From: the human T2T-CHM13v2.0 reference genome, Homo sapiens | NCBI RefSeq assembly: GCF_009914755.1 | Contig: NC_060928.1 | Length of the DNA: 64,000 nt | Reading direction: 5' to 3' (one strand) | Shown here: positions 1 to 13,824 of the stretch, one piece after another | Position numbering within the stretch: the first letter of the stretch is position 1 | How the letters are laid out: each line of letters opens with the position of its first letter | Translations under genes and position numbers: made by a program | The notes under the pieces: model-generated | Database searches by the model: none | Told to the model about the DNA's origin: nothing | The model's input: the letters and a program-made list of their open reading frames with translations, nothing else

Positions 1-1659
1 ACACATTGAAAAAAATAAATGTTAAATATTTCCTTTCACAAATTTACACACATATATTAGCATAATATATTCATACTCTTTCAAACTCCCTTGATCCTAG
101 GGAGAAATTCCTCTTTATTTTTGTAACGTATTCAGTGCCAAGTTTAGCAGCTCATCCAAACTGTAAAACCACACTTGAAGCCAAAAATGTCATAAGCAAT
201 GGGATCAAATTAAGAACACAATGGGAAGCAGGATTTTTAGATGAAATCAGAAAGGTTAAGAGTCCATTTAATTGTTTAAATTTGAAATATACACTGTCTA
301 ATTCTCATTTGAGACTTCCTGTATTGGTGATGGGGAGATTATGTTCATTATCACTATGTTTCAAAGATAATTAATATAACTATCTCCTTCTATACATTTT
401 AAGACAGAAAAATTCTGATTTCGAGTCTTTCTACAAACTTCCAAAGTGCAGAAGTATTATCATTTCACTTGACTAATGAGGAAGCAGGTAGAGAGAAAAG
501 TAAAGGATTATCAAATTGCAGTTTTTTTTTAAAAAAAAAAGAATGGGGGACTTTCTCATCTATTTTTTTTCCATGTGTGTCCAGATAGCATTCTATGAAC
601 AAAATTCCCTAAAAAGAGGAAGAACTTTTCATCATAGATTTTAGAGGCAATGTGGAAAGGATCAGAAAAATTGTAAAGGGGCAGCTTTCGATGATGTCAC
701 TGAAGCTGTTTTATGAATCTTCACGAGACATTCCAAAAATTAAGATACAGCTATATAAATGCACTAAGAACAACACATCATTCTTTAACTTCATTCTCTT
801 TTTAAGAACTGAGATTGCAAAGACAATTTTATGCATATCATTGTGTCTTTTTTTAACACAATTGTGAACACATTGGATCATACTTTACACAGAAAAAGTA
901 TTCTTTTCCCCTATCTCTGAGGCTCTTATTGTCTTTTAAAGCATATTAACTTTAAATAAGTTTCTTTCCCCGCACCCCAACTGACATACAGAGCATGTCG
1001 ATGCAAATAGGGATAAGACAGTAGCAATCACATGGGGGTGAAGAAAAAAACCTCAACTTATTCTGTGTTTTCTTCACTATATGCACTTTATTTTTAAATA
1101 AAACTATTTAAAATTTAAAAAGAGAACCCACGAAACAGCATTAGCTTGTGAACTCAGAAATTCCTTTACACTTAGTGAGAACTCCAACCAAGCCGAAAAA
1201 GTAGCTTATACTAGAAAGAATGATTTTGCTGGGGCATAGAGGGAAACAGTATAAATTCCTGCAAATAACCTGTGAGACCATGGTGTGAACATCAATCACA
1301 AAATGATTTAGAACCTAGAGAAAGTGAATAGTACCAAAAGTATGACTGAGGATGCGACCCCTGCTAAAAATGTCTTTGTAAATTATATCGCATTTCCAGC
1401 CTATTCTAGATCCAACACTCCCTACAATATGTCACGTCAACCTCCTCTTGCCTTTCCTCCGAGCTTTTCCTCCCAATTCTAACATCCTTTCCACTCCCTT
1501 GCCCCATCAAAATTCTACCAGTCTTTCATAAAGGCTTTTTAAAATGTTCCCATTTGTTTATAATCGTTGTCTCCTTTGAAACCTCATGATATTTTGCCTC
1601 TGCTTACATAGATATAATGCTTGTTGTAGAGCTAATGACTATAGATCTATAGATCTGAG

Positions 1660-1778
1660 GACTCCTCTACCAGGTAGGGTCCTTGAGGACAAGGTTGAAT
1701 CATCATTATATTTGTGCTGTTAGAACCTTGCCCTGTGTATAGTACATGCTCAGTAAAGGAACATTTAAGTGAATAAAC
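1660..1778 (+). mobile_element. L2 (LINE-2) 3' end fragment
   Basis: Degenerate match to the L2 3' terminus (ccttgaggacaagg...atagtacatgctcagtaaa...gtgaataaa); boundaries approximate. Confidence 0.6.
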
Positions 1779-2299
1779 TTCTTAAAACTACAGTAATTCC
1801 ACAACGCTCATAAGCATCTATCTGTTCTAGCATTCTGTAGAAGAAATAGGTTTCTCAAAATACTGGCTAGTATGAGTCTACTTACAGCTTATAATAAGTC
1901 CAGTTTAAAGAAACAGCTGTGCATAAAAGTAGCAATCAGAAAAGGTAAATAAAGGAAGGAATGAGAGGCAGGGGAATGAAGAAATTGACAAAAGGGAGAG
2001 AGAGAGCATGCACAAACTGTTGAATATGTAGGTTAGTCATGTTGAGAAAATAAGTTATAAGGGAAAAAGTAACCACTTCATTTCCAATACTACTCTTTTC
2101 TGTCCTGGCTGAACTTTCCCTGTAATTCCGCAAAGTTTTTCCCGAGTATGTGGGCCTCAGAAGTCATAACTGTTAAAAGCTTCAGAGATCTGGCTCCCAG
2201 TAGATTCAGTATCATGGAACCAGTAGCTTAATTAATGATCAAATAATGTTATTGAGGCTTATCAAGTATGGCAGCTGACATTCTGAAATTTTACTAATT

Positions 2300-3430
2300 C
2301 AAAACTTTTTAAAAATTTGTCTTAATTCTGCATGTATAACTGCGGTGCTAAGATAGAATTGTAATTATGTTATCTCTATGGCTAGTGAACTTACAATTTG
2401 GGAAAATTTAATCATTAAATAGCAAATAGAAATGGTCAAGAAATAGTCAAATGCAAAAGAATTAAATAAACAAAATATATAGTAAATTTGTCTAATTTTG
2501 TATGGTAAAAAATAAGAGACTGTGTAACCCAACTCTCTCTCTTCCGCAGATATGCAGAATGCTACGTTGAAGGTCACATAGCCAATGACAGTGTCAGAAC
2601 TAGACCCAGGTATCCTGAGAGAGTGATATTATCATGGGTCAGGATGATCAGGGAAGACTTCACAGCAGAAATAAAATTTCAGTACAACCTGGAAGGTTGG
2701 GTAGGAACCAAGCAGTTTATAAAAGAAGCAATGCAAAACAGGAAGTACAATAACTAGATATATTCAGGGAACAGTATCAATAACATCCGGGCCTGAAAAA
2801 CAGTTTTTGTTTAATCCTAGAAAGCGATTAGTTTGGAACATTTTTAATTTTTCCCATAGAATCAAGAGTTTTTCCAAGAATATATTTGTTTAAATTCTTG
2901 TCACAAAATTGGCATGATTAAAGTCATGTCTTTTTAAAAAATAAATTGGACTCAACTTTTGGTGGTAATTAAGTGAAGAAGAAAAGCAAAATAGTTATGA
3001 ATGATTATAACAATATAGGCAGAGAAGATAAAGATGAGAATATGTACAAATGAATGTTGGAGGGGAATAAGAGCTAGAGGAATAATTACTCAGGAAAATT
3101 TTGTTGAAATTTAAAAGTATTTGTAAAGGAGAGAGATGTTTCAGCCTAAAATACATGTAAGGTAAATCAGGACACACCTTTCTTTCTTTCTTCGTGTCTT
3201 TCTTTTTTAGTAAATGGAGGAGGAGATAGGTGTGGGGTAAGCATGGATTCTGTTCAGTATGCAGTGATACACTGGTTCCCAGATGGAAATGCCCTGTAGG
3301 CAATTAGAAATGTGATACTGGAGTTCATGATAGCGGTCAAGATTAAAGAAATAGATTGGGGAATTACACAAATAGAGGTGATAATTGAAGCCATGAGACT
3401 TGATAAGGTTTGTGTAAAAGAGAAGGAAGG
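2300..3430 (-). mobile_element. Patchy L2 fragments with a short MIR piece near 2570-2620
   Basis: Antisense L2-like blocks (cagggaagacttcacag; gatggaaatgccctgtaggcaattagaaatgtgatactggagttc; gaggtgataattgaagccatgagac). Confidence 0.5.
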
Positions 3431-3904
3431 GAATTATAGATCCTGTCATTATAGTTTTCTTATTAAAAATTCAAGAATTAACTTTAGTTACCCTCAAAGA
3501 GACACAGGAAATGAAAAAATCAATTTCTTTTGTATAAGCTGTGGATAATGTTACTTTTACTAAATTTGACCCAATTTTGCACACATATCTTCATATATAC
3601 ACATACATAGATACTTATAATTCTGATACACTATCCATATGATGACTGCTTCCTATTCTTATGAATACTACTGATTCTTAAATTAGTGCACTTAAATTGA
3701 GTACCATACATTATAATTTTTACATTAAAAGGGTTTAAATTGTTTCATTCTTTTAATGATTGTTACGTGTTGAAACATACTGTAGTGGAGACAATTTAAT
3801 GTGAGATTAAATTCTAAGGTCAGCACATAAGAAACATAATATGAAAGGCAAAATTGGTGCATCTCTTAAATGGCCCAAAGTGGATAAATTGTGTATGTGA
3901 GTGA

Positions 3905-3930
3905 GTGTGTGTGTGTGTGTGTGTGTGTGT
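3905..3930. repeat. (GT)13 microsatellite
   Basis: Read directly. Confidence 0.95.
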
Positions 3931-4049
3931 TGGGGGAGGGGTGTTGTATCAAACACAACATCAGGGTATATATACTTTACATGATAGTATTAAAGTGTGA
4001 AAAATATTTTTATACTCTTTCTATTGTTTTGGGGTGAATATTAATGTAC

Positions 4050-4330
4050 CTATTAATTCAAATATTTACTGTATACTTGTGGAAATTACACTCAAATTCA
4101 GGGAGAAAGACAAATGAAATAACTGAAATATGCATATAGCAGATGAAATTATGGTTAGAGTTAGAGAGAAATTTACATGGGGAAAGAAATGAGGAACCAT
4201 TGCTAGGGCTGCATTTCTAAATAACATTGTCAGGGGAGATCCTACTAAAAAGGCAATATTAAAGAAAGAACTGAAGGACATGAAAGAGTGGATCATCAGT
4301 CTCTAGGGAAAGAGCATTCTTTTAGACTGC
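4050..4330 (-). mobile_element. L2 fragment
   Basis: Antisense L2-like sequence (gtcaggggagatcctactaaaaaggcaatatt...ctagggaaagagcattct). Confidence 0.45.
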
Positions 4331-4512
4331 TTCATAAACCATGCCTTTCCTCAGAGTAAGAAAGGGCCTCTAAGGTTTTCAGGCAAAGGAATGATAGGAT
4401 TTGACTTGCATTCTGCAGGATCTCTCCAGGGCTGTGTTGAGAAGTGTTAACCATGCACTGGTGTGCCCCCACTGTACCAAACACAGGTGAAAATATTTCT
4501 TAAAAGTTGTAA

Positions 4513-4630
4513 AAGAAGAAGAAGGAAGAGGAGAGGTGAAGGAGGGGAACGTGGAGGAGAGGGAAAAGAAGGAGGAAGGGGTGGAATAGGAGGAGAAGGA
4601 AAAGAATCTGGAAGAAGAAAGGAAGAAAAA
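4513..4630. repeat. GA-rich polypurine low-complexity tract
   Basis: Almost pure purine run of gaa/gga units. Confidence 0.85.
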
Positions 4631-5769
4631 CTTTCCCATGAGACAAGAAAATGCTGCCTAGGACATTAAAGCATCATATCCTTTGAACATAAGAAGTCAG
4701 CTTGGAACACTTTCTTTATCCCTAGAAGTGTGTGATGAACAGAGATATGAAAGACCTTTAGTATGGTAGTTTCTAATGAGGTTAGTACCAAAGCTGGGCT
4801 TGGAGACTCTAATATGCAGAGGCAGAACTGAGTGTTTGATTGTAAAGTCTGTTTAACAACAGTAATTTGGCAAACCATCTTTTCTGGAAGAAACTCAGCA
4901 AACTGGCATCATCATTAAGTGCAGTCATATGTGAATGTGTATAGCTGAATAAGCACAAGTAACATGCATCTGGGTCACTTCAAACAAAAACCATCCATTT
5001 TATTTTAGAGGAAAGTCAGAGTAAAAAATAGCCATATAGCAATTTAATTATGCAAAGCCGTTGTGGTGAGTTGTTCAAAGTGGAGAAACAACAGACCTGT
5101 GTCTCTTCATATGGAAAAATTGAACAGAGTTGGACTAAACAAATTCTTTGTGCTTTTTAAATTAGTTTTCCCTCTATGCCAGTTTTAATTTTAGCATTAT
5201 TTGGATGCATATGTGTCTCATTGATGCTCTTGAAGCAGTCAAAATACAGTTGTGTTCTCTATAACAGGGCTCCTGGTTGCTAAACTACCATGCATTCTTT
5301 AATCGAAGTGAAATTAACATAACATAAAAAGAATGACACATTTTTGTCCTGTTTCATTTCAGTAATATTTGAATCATTCTGACGTGCAAAAAGCCACTAT
5401 TTCTTTTTTTAAAAAACCTTGTATCTTGTGGAAAACATTTAGTGTTCCCAAAAGAATAGAATATCATGATATAAAGCAGAAATTATTCCTTCAAGTATTT
5501 TTGTGAACTTTTCTAAAAATCATGTTTCATGGTTAAAAAAATATAGTATATAGTGGATCCATATAAGCCCTGTATGATGTACTATTATTATAGTTAATTT
5601 GAATTATAAATTCATAAAGCCTTAGAAGTCAATAGAAACTTGTAGCCGAACCCCATACCTAAAGTCTGTGGGTAACACTGTATACATCTGTACGCATATT
5701 TACAGAGTGTGGTATAGGTTGTTAAATTGCCAAATCAATGATATTTGGAGACATCACAAGATGGGCATA

Positions 5770-5880
5770 TTTATTTCATTCATTCAGTATACACTATTTA
5801 TTGTATGCCTTCTGTGTTTCAGGCACTATGTGGGAGCTGATGAGGCATAGATAAATAAGATTTAACCTTGGGTCCTTCTA
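5770..5880 (-). mobile_element. L2 3' end
   Basis: ttcattcattcag...tttattgtatgccttctgtgtttcaggcactatgtg matches the reverse of the L2 tail. Confidence 0.65.
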
Positions 5881-7178
5881 GACGAGCCTTTTAACAGCTT
5901 AAATAATTATATGCATTAAAATATTTAGGCACTGATTATCTTCTTGGACATGGAAATAATAATTTCTTTTAGAAACAGCATTTCCCCCCACCAAACATGT
6001 TTCCTAACCATGTAAGTAAAAAAAAAAAGTCACCAAAAATTTCCAGTAAGAGGACTTTATGTTGTTTGATTTTATCATATTTTTGGTAATAAATATGAAA
6101 AAAATTAAAAGTCATGGAGTTTTAAACTGTAAAGTCACACTCAAGTCTAGGGTTTGGAGAACTTTTTCAAAAGTAAGAAATAAATATTTGGGGGAGTCCA
6201 GTGTATTTGTTAAATTATTTACTGAAGTGACTTGCTTGTCCTTTGCCTCACCTAGATACATGCAGAATGATGGACCTTCCCAGACATCCCTTTCTCACTT
6301 TTCTAATTGTGTACTGCAAATGACTGCTGGGTAAATTTTCTGTGAATATCATTCTCTCATGTTACTCCCAAGCTCGAAATCCTCCAATGTTTACTTACTA
6401 CTGACAAACTAAACTCCTTCAAAATCTGGCTCCAACCAAATTTATAACCTCACTTCACTCCTTTCACAAACCTACTTAGTGCTCCAATCAAGCAGATTTT
6501 CCAGTTGTTCTGTAGACAAGGACATTTATTCTTGATTCTTACTCTACCCAGGGAAGATCAGAGAGATGTTGTGTTAATATGTGCCCATGCATCAAAGAAA
6601 GAAATGCTTAAATGACTAGTATTTACTTTTAATTTGTTGCTATGGAAATGAGAGGTGATGCCCTTCAATATTTATTTATGTTCTAAGTCAATGTCACATG
6701 AAAATAATCAATTAAAAACAACAAAGTTTTATGAGCAGGAACAAGACCATAACAATGAAGAAGATAATCTCCACAGTTAAAATAAAAATTTATCTTTAAC
6801 ACTGACAGTAACTGAACACAAGATTGTAGAAGATAAACAAAGGGAAACTTGATTCATTCTTGCTAGTTGGGAAGACAAAAGTTAAAATTTGGACATAACA
6901 TGTAGTGTTTCTCTCCACTATATTAAAGCCAAATTTCTGCTGGCCTAAAATGTTCACCCCAGCTTTTCTGGCTATTTAGAGCCCATCTTTCTACTCTATG
7001 CCTATTCTCCACTATGATGTTCATCCTACTCTGAACTGAACTCTGAGAGTGCTTTGTTTCTGGACAAGTCTAGTAGGGTGTCTGCCATGACCAACCTTCT
7101 CCTCTAGTACAAATACCCCTTTGTACAGCCCTCTGCTCTTAGAATTAATGAGTGCACTGTGATTCCACTAGGTGTGTC

Positions 7179-7260
7179 AGGTGACCAAAGTCCTGTTTTG
7201 CCTGGGGAAAGTTCTAGTTTATGCCTGTTGTCACAATGTACTATCAGTTTAGCATTTGCC
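7179..7260 (+). mobile_element. hAT-Blackjack MITE fragment (MER94-like)
   Basis: aggtgaccaaagtcctgttttgcctggggaaagttctagtttatgcctgttgtc resembles the MER94/Blackjack left end. Confidence 0.5.
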
Positions 7261-9311
7261 CCAGATTTCTAAATTTTTTAACAAAGTATTATTATTAAAA
7301 CTGCATTAAAATGAGCCGTGATGAGTTTGGGCTTCCATATTATCCACCCAACTTCTTCTAGCTCTTGTTTACCAGGGAACAGTTATCTCTTAACACATGG
7401 TTAAATCTTTAAGTTGATCATAAATGAATCTCTCATTTTCCAACACTTTTCAAATGCAACATAAGTATAAGGAACACTTCTAAGAAGAGGATATAAAGCA
7501 GTTGCTGATCAAATAAACTAATTTCTGGGAGAAGTATTTAAGGGAGTAGCATACAGCTGTGCCATTAGATGCAGAAGTGCCATGCTGCCAACCATAGGTG
7601 AGTGAGAAATGTGGAAAATAAGGATAATGGGGTGGTGAAATAAGGAGGAGAAATGGAGGCTGAATGTACTTCCTTATAGCAAACAAAGCAGTCTGAGCAC
7701 ACAGTAGGATGGAGTTATCATTTATTTATAATGTAATCTGCAAATATTTATTCACTAGTATTTAGTTGCTTTTTTGGGGTGTGAGTCATGAAATATCTCA
7801 GCAGCAATCTGAAAAAAGGGGGACACATTTAATAAAAATTACTGAATTTCTATTTTCAAAAAGCTTGATTATGAACACATAGCTCACACAAAAAAATTAT
7901 GAATATTTAATGTCTATCAGGGAACCATCCCAATATCATTGGCCGTGTAAAAACCAAAAGCTATACATCTGCTTAAAAACTCTCAATACCTACTGCAAAA
8001 GTTAGTAGTTATTTCTAAAACACTGTTTCCAAAGAATGTTTCCATGCAACATGATCAGATCAAGTTATATATCATTCACTGAGCACTTTTCTAAAATTAT
8101 GGATCAAATAATTTGATCAAATGATAGTTTTTCTAAGTTAATTTCACTTATTTTTTTATTCGAAGTTTTCCTGTGCATGTATGAAATGTTAAACAATAAC
8201 TGTCAATATTTTCTAATGTGACAAACATAAATATCAGTTTTCTATCAGCATCTTCAGATGCTTCAGTTAGAAAATTAGTTAAGTAAAATTGTAATTAATT
8301 TAGTTAACTAATTGTACTCAACTAATTATACTTAACTGTGTTTAGTTCAATTCTTAAAATGAAAATAAAATTTTGAAAGATTAGTCTGTTAAACTAAAAG
8401 TTCCGACATAACTAATAATTCAATTAACGTGCTTAATGTCCTTTTGCTGTGAGAATATACATTTATATTTGAATGGAGTACATTATCACGGGAAAAACAA
8501 TGTTCTACTACATTAGGAAACCAGTGGAGCAGGGATGCACTTGAGATTGGTTGTGGTACAGTCATAATTCATGGTTGCATCCACTAAAGTCGATATCCTA
8601 CTAATCAAAATTAAAAAGCTGGTTGATAAAATTTATAAAGATTTGCATATACACACAGTTAACTGAATAACAGAATTTGTAAGACAAATTTGAAGTTGAG
8701 TTAATTATAATGCATCAGTATGGCAGTATATGCTTTTTTTCTTTGTTGCTTATCATTTGTGGTTTAGAAATGTGTAAGCTTTTGAAGAACTATTTTGTAA
8801 ATCTACCTAAGTGTTTTATTGTGATATTCATCTTTTGTTTTTTGTGAATGTATCCTCTAGATTTCATTTGCCTTTTTTCAAGCCAGTTAGAAATTTTTAA
8901 TCAAAACATTTACCAAATGCAGTATTAAAAGTTTACCTTTCAAATCTTGCATTAAATTGCAATTACTAAAAAAAAAATACTTGAAAACAGAAACTTTAAA
9001 AATGTTCATCACCAAAACAAGAGACCAACTGAACAAATTATGAGTTCACTTGATGTATTAGATTTAATTTTGAAATTCTATAATTGTGCTTTGGAATATT
9101 TTAACTTGAAAGAATATTTTGATGGAGCTTTAATTTTTAACTAGATAAATTTCTATTCTGTACAGAATAAAATAAAATTAAGAAGATCTAAAATACTGCA
9201 GCAATTATGGTTATAAATGAGTAATGAATGGAGACAACAAAACTAAGGAGTTTTGTCTTGTAAAAGTATCTCCTAAGGAAAGACACTTGCAGTGGAACAA
9301 ATATATACATA

Positions 9312-9336
9312 TGTGTGTGTGTGTGTGTGTGTGTGT
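9312..9336. repeat. (TG)12 microsatellite
   Basis: Read directly. Confidence 0.95.
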
Positions 9337-10174
9337 ATGTATACAAATATATAATAAAATTACTATTAGCTTTCATTTAGCAGGGTTTTCTCTGATACTA
9401 ATACCTTTAGAGGAGATATTTTCTCAATTAGAATATGGTTTACAGAAAAAAGGGCAATTAAATTGTTACTGATTTTAAATTTATTGGCCATAATGTACCA
9501 CTTCGAAGAATTTTGAAGGCATTTTTATGACAAAAATAAAACTATTAGAAAAACAATTCTGCAATTCTTCAGCAATATACTGAATCAGATTCACTTAGGA
9601 ACATTAAACTATAAAAAAATGCTGCATGCAGTGTACATGGATACATGCTATTTTAATTTTAGAAACTTATTTTGAAAATTATTTCTGAACAGAGCTATAT
9701 TATAAGCCTACCAATAGAGCAAAATGAATTTTTGATAAAACAATTTTTCAAAAATTGTAAATTTAATACTTCATTTCACTTACAAATATATTCTAGTATA
9801 TATGATAAATTATGTAGTTATCCTAATTATCTGACCCAAGTTGAGGAGTTTCATCTCAGAGGGGTCACTGCAAATTTTAATTCAGTCAGATGAACTTCCA
9901 CCACAATCTGGAATGAGATACAAGAAGGCAAATCAGGTAGACACAAAGACACATTTATCTATTGCATGGGCTTTAAATATGATATGCATTCCTTATCTGT
10001 CCAACCAGAGTGAACACAAATCAAGAGGAAACAATGTTTGCCCCAATATCCATAGGACTTAAACACAGTTGGATTTTATAAATATTTGCTGCAAGAAACA
10101 AAGCTCCAAATCATTTTGTCTGATAGAGTTTTAGACCTATATGTGCATGTGAATAATTTTTCTGGTCTCCAGGA

Positions 10175-10410
10175 GTGGTGGTAGAATGTGGTTCCTAAGC
10201 ATGCAGATTCTGGAGCCAGACATGATAGGTTCAATCCTATCTGTACTGTGTACATAATTTGGCAACTGATTTAAACTTTGTGCCTCAGTTTCCTCATGTG
10301 TATAGTAGCCTAAAAATAATGCCTGACTTGTGTTTTGAAGATTACATTAATTAAAATACGGAAATATTTAGTGACTGGTACATAGTGAGCACCCAATACA
10401 GGTTAGTGGT
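10175..10410 (+). mobile_element. MIR SINE
   Basis: ctggagccagac head, core tgtgcctcagtttcctcat, tail tggtacatagtgagcacccaata. Confidence 0.85.
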
Positions 10411-11899
10411 GCTTCAGTTAATTGCATAGACACATGCAAGTAAAACCTTACATAATTAAATGTATCTAGCAACTGCATAACATTTCAGCACCCACTTATT
10501 TCTAATGTTGTGTCATTTAAAATCCCCTAAATAGCTAGAATCCTTGCCAATAAGGAAAAACAAAGCAAAAGCATAAAGAGACAGATAATTGTTTTTATAG
10601 TCAATGTTATATAAATAACAGAAAGGCCTTTTCCAAATACACTAATAATGTCCCTATGAACAAAGCCCAATATAAATATGCAGTCTGCACCCCCACATTC
10701 TTTATTCTTGGAACCCTACATATGCCTATATTAAGGCAAATCTCCCAACATGTCACTCATAAAATTAATAAAAAACATGAGGAAAATTTATTTGAGGTCT
10801 GAATATGCAAACTTCAGAGCATCATGATATTCATAAGTGATTCAGAGTAACCAAACATTCACTAATGTTGGCTGCCAGATACACCACTGCATGTTGTTAT
10901 TTTTATAGAATGCTTTTTCAGACACGTTTTTGTGAGCAGTACTAAGACTAATACATTTAAAAAGTACTTTAATAAATACATCAGCAATTCTCAATTTTCA
11001 GAAAGTTGCCAATTAATGATGGAGTTAGTATTTGCTACATCGCAGAATTGACAAAGCATTGAATTTAAAAAGTTGAATTTTTTTAAATGACAATTTCAAT
11101 AGTCAGCGTAAGAGTAATGAAATAATTTGAGTAGTTGATGCCTGTGTACTTGACGTGTACAACATTATCCTTTCATAGTTGGCAGTACTTTCAGGTGGTT
11201 TGGTTGTATTAAATACAGTCTTTTTGATATTTTGTATGTCTAAAAAGTGGAATAAATAAATGCACTCAATGGAAAATGGAGAGCATAGGTTTCCACCTAA
11301 AACTCTTATACATTCATTACTATTCTGAGAAATGACTAATAATTTTTCAAATTTTAGGAGTTAGAATTTTACTTCATTGCAGAAAGGGTAGCTGCCTCCT
11401 CAAGGAGAGTGAACATAACAGGTAACACAGCTAAAAAACAAAGAACTTTGAGGTTCAGTAGAGCCCTGAGGCAACAAGAAACAAGTCAGAAGTTGGCCCA
11501 TTATGGAGACTGCCAAGTTCTAGGTTGATTTAGAAAGTCTCTTCTTTGTTACTGGTGTTTGTCCTCGGGGTTTTCTTTTTTCCTCACCAGCTTTTGCTTA
11601 TGTTTTTCATTTATGATGACAAAACAAAACGTGACTACATGGTAAAGCATTAGACAAGGGTAGTTTTAATAACTGTTACAAGGGTACCAGATGAGATGTG
11701 GGTACCAGATGAGATATATAAAATAAAAGCACACAAAATGTTTTAGAACATTTTTCAATAAACAAATGCACACTGATTATGTAGATAGATCATTCAAAAA
11801 GTTACACTCAGAAAATTGTGTTCATAAAAAAATGAGGAAAATTTGTTAGAATCTAGAAGTTATCAAATACCCTTTAAATTCAAATCTCTCCAAGTAGCC

Positions 11900-12464
11900 A
11901 CCAAAAGCCATAGAAGTCATCGAGGAGAGTATATAAATCCATCTATGGGTTTGATCTAAAAAATATTAATTGAATTATGAAATGCTCAGGGGAGAATAGA
12001 CTTTATTAAAAAACATAAACAGTATTATTAAAGAAAGGCATGAAAACAGATAAGATAATGACAATAAAATAAAGGAAAAGTTAAAAACAATCAGGAAGAC
12101 TGTTTAATATAGAAGACGGGCAGAGAAGAGCAAACCCTTATATAGTAACAATGCCTCAGAAAGAAAAACATAAAGATAAAATGTAACATTTAAAACTATA
12201 GTTTTTTTAAAAAATCCAAAATAAGTGAAAGTATGAACCTGGACATTTAAAGGTTCAATCACGTACTTAGAAAAATTGACCAGAAATAGTCAATTAGAAA
12301 ATTTAAAGATGGGGAAAATAAGCAGAAACTCCAGACAAAAAGATCAAATGACTTACTAATGAAAATAAAATCACATTAGCATAAGATGTCTCAATAATAA
12401 CATACAAATCAAGAGTACAGTGGAGCAGCATTAAAAAAAATAAATAAAAATAAAGGAAATAATT
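11900..12464 (+). mobile_element. Old L1M (L1ME/MC-like) ORF1 region, left part, interrupted by the L1PA7
   Basis: A-rich degenerate ORF1-like sequence that resumes after 17481. Confidence 0.55.
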
Positions 12465-13824
12465 GGAGTTCCCAGCCAAGATGGCCAAATAGGAACAGCT
12501 CCTGTCTGCAGCTCCAAGCAAGACCAATGCAGAAGGTGGGTGGTATCTCATTTCCAACTGAGGTACCCAGCTCATCTCACTGGGACTGGTTAGACAGTGG
12601 GTGCAGCCCACGGAGAGCAAGCAGAAGCAAGGTGGGGCGTTGCCTCACCCAGGAAGTGCAAGGGGTCGGGGAACTCCCTCTCCTAACCAAGGGAAGCTGT
12701 GGGGAACCATGCTGTGAGGGACGGTGCTATCCAGACCAGATACTATGTTTTTCCCACAATATTCGCAACCCACAGACCAGGAGATTCCCTCGGGTGCTTA
12801 CATCACAAGGGCCCTGGGTTTCAAGCACAAAACTGGGTAGCCATTTGGGCAGACACTGTGCTACCTCCAGGAATTTTGTGTTTGTTTATTTGTTTGTTTG
12901 GTACCCTAATGGTGGCTGGAATGCCAGCGAGACAGAACTGTTTACTCCCCTGGAAAGGGGGATGAAGCCAGGGAGCCAAGAGGTCTTGCTCAGCAGATCC
13001 CACCCCCATGGAGCCCAGCAAGCTAAGACCCGCTGGCTTGAAATTATTGCTGCCACCACAGCAGTCTGAAGTCAACCTGGGATCCTTGAGCTTGATAGGG
13101 GAGAGGCATCCTCTATTACTGAGGCTTGAGTAGTTGATTTTCCCCTCACAGTGTAGACAAAGCCAAGAGGAAGTTCAGACTGGATGGAGCCCAGCACAGT
13201 GCCGCAAAGCCACCGTAGCCAGACTGCCTCTCTAGATTCCTCCTCTCTGGGCAGGGCTTCTCTGAAAGAAAGGCAGCAGCCCTAGTCAGGGGCTTATAGA
13301 TCAAACTCCCATCTCCCTGGGACAGAGTACCTGGGAGAAGGGGCGGCTGTGGGCACAGCTTCAGCAGACTTAAACGTTCCTGCTTGCTGGCTCAGAAGAC
13401 AGCAGTAGATCTCCCAGCACAGTGCTTGAGCTCTTTTAAGGGACAGACTGCCTCCTCAAGTGGGTCTCTGACCCCCATGCCTCCTGATGATGGAGGACAC
13501 CTCCCAGCAGGGGTCAACAGACACCTCATACAGGAGAGCTCTGGCTGGCATCTGGTGGGTGCTCCTGTGGGACAAAGCTTCCAGAGGAAGGAGCAGGCAG
13601 CAATATTTGCTGTTCTGCAGCCTCTGCTGGTGATACTCAGGCAAACAGAGTCTGGAGTGAACCCCCATCAAACTCTGGCAGACCTGCAGCAGAGGGGCCT
13701 GACTGTTAGAAGAAAAACTAACAAACAGAAGCAATAGCATCAACATCAGCAAAAAAGAGAACCATGCAAAAACTCCATCAAAGGTCACCAACAGCAAAGA
13801 CCAAAGGTAGATAAATCCACAAAG

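Noticed and set aside
1639-1656. Overlapping 14-bp palindromes ctatagatctatagatct
   Set aside because: Explained by a short 8-bp tandem duplication; no supporting context.
4379-4669. G/E/K-rich and S/F-rich ORFs (also 52407-52628)
   Set aside because: Translations of low-complexity purine or pyrimidine tracts.
5009-5066. Plus-strand AG...GTGAGT micro-exon candidate
   Set aside because: Stops in all three frames and no partner exons.
8277-8337. Imperfect 14-bp inverted repeat
   Set aside because: Very AT-rich context makes it likely chance; no TSD or family match.
11682-11715. Short direct duplications (also 39899-39939, ~46677-46702, ~53134-53168)
   Set aside because: Ordinary 11-16 bp slippage duplications.
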